DNA of 64,000 bases from Octopus sinensis. Taxonomy: Eukaryota. Below are positions 63,680-64,000 of the stretch, piece by piece. The stretch is from the NCBI RefSeq assembly GCF_006345805.1, contig NC_042998.1:142786001-142850000 (forward strand). The letters run 5' to 3'. Position 1 is the stretch's first letter. Each line of letters starts with the position of its first letter. The notes beneath the pieces were generated by a model. It saw only the letters and a list, made by a program, of their open reading frames with translations. It was not told the origin of the DNA and did no database searches. Both the position numbers and the translations under genes were made by a program.

Positions 63680-64000
63680 AAAGGAAGACGTGTCAGTCTG
63701 TTGCTACTCTAGAGACTTCAAATCCATTGTTTACCCTTAAGGTCGGCCGGCCGGGTCGGTCGGTCGGACAGTATGTAACAACAACAAAAACACTTCCTGC
63801 TTCTTCTACTACTCTCTCTCTCTAATCAGACTCGGACATACACATAAGCGCGCGCTAAGACACACTCAGGAATATATAGACGTGCACAAGCATATACACA
63901 CAGAACAATTACGTTGCACGGATACAATTTTTATAGCTTAATTTTTATGTATTTTCTTTTATTGTTCGCCAGACGAATTTGATGCGGTGGCGTCGACGAG
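63680..64000 (+). promoter_or_regulatory. CpG-rich promoter/first-exon-like region with candidate intron 63771-63972
   Basis: GGTCGGCCGGCCGGGTCGGTCGG, ETS-like CACTTCCTG 63791-63799, GACGTG at 63687 and 63879; donor ACA|GTATGT; T-rich tract and CCAG| acceptor. Confidence 0.45.

Overview
AT-rich, microsatellite-saturated eukaryotic DNA; the SINE families and compound (TA)n/(CA)n/(TACA)n arrays look like an octopus genome (inference from recalled repeat sequences, not a database result). Only one protein-coding gene is well supported: a solitary linker histone H1 (minus strand, 25219-25755, 178 aa) with an intronless CDS, no histone 3' stem-loop, a candidate AATAAA and a candidate 5'-UTR intron, i.e. 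a replication-independent-type H1 in a transposon-poor island (about 22.6-27 kb). The rest is transposon debris: four tRNA-headed SINE families, R4/Dong-like, RTE and CR1-like LINE fragments, Tc1/mariner, pogo-like and hAT-like elements, Helitrons, and at least two clades of Penelope-like elements (PLEs). The most striking signal is invisible in the ORF track: about 18 whole or partial type I hammerhead ribozyme (HHR) motifs on both strands, from several unrelated sequence families. Four long fold-back inverted repeats, mostly embedded in TA microsatellites, carry these ribozymes at or near the hairpin apex. They look like small non-coding, ribozyme-bearing derivatives of PLE ends. All motif calls were made by eye; catalytic activity, expression and novelty are untested. 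Most ORFs in the supplied track are microsatellite artefacts. No CRISPR array, rRNA or intact tRNA gene was found.
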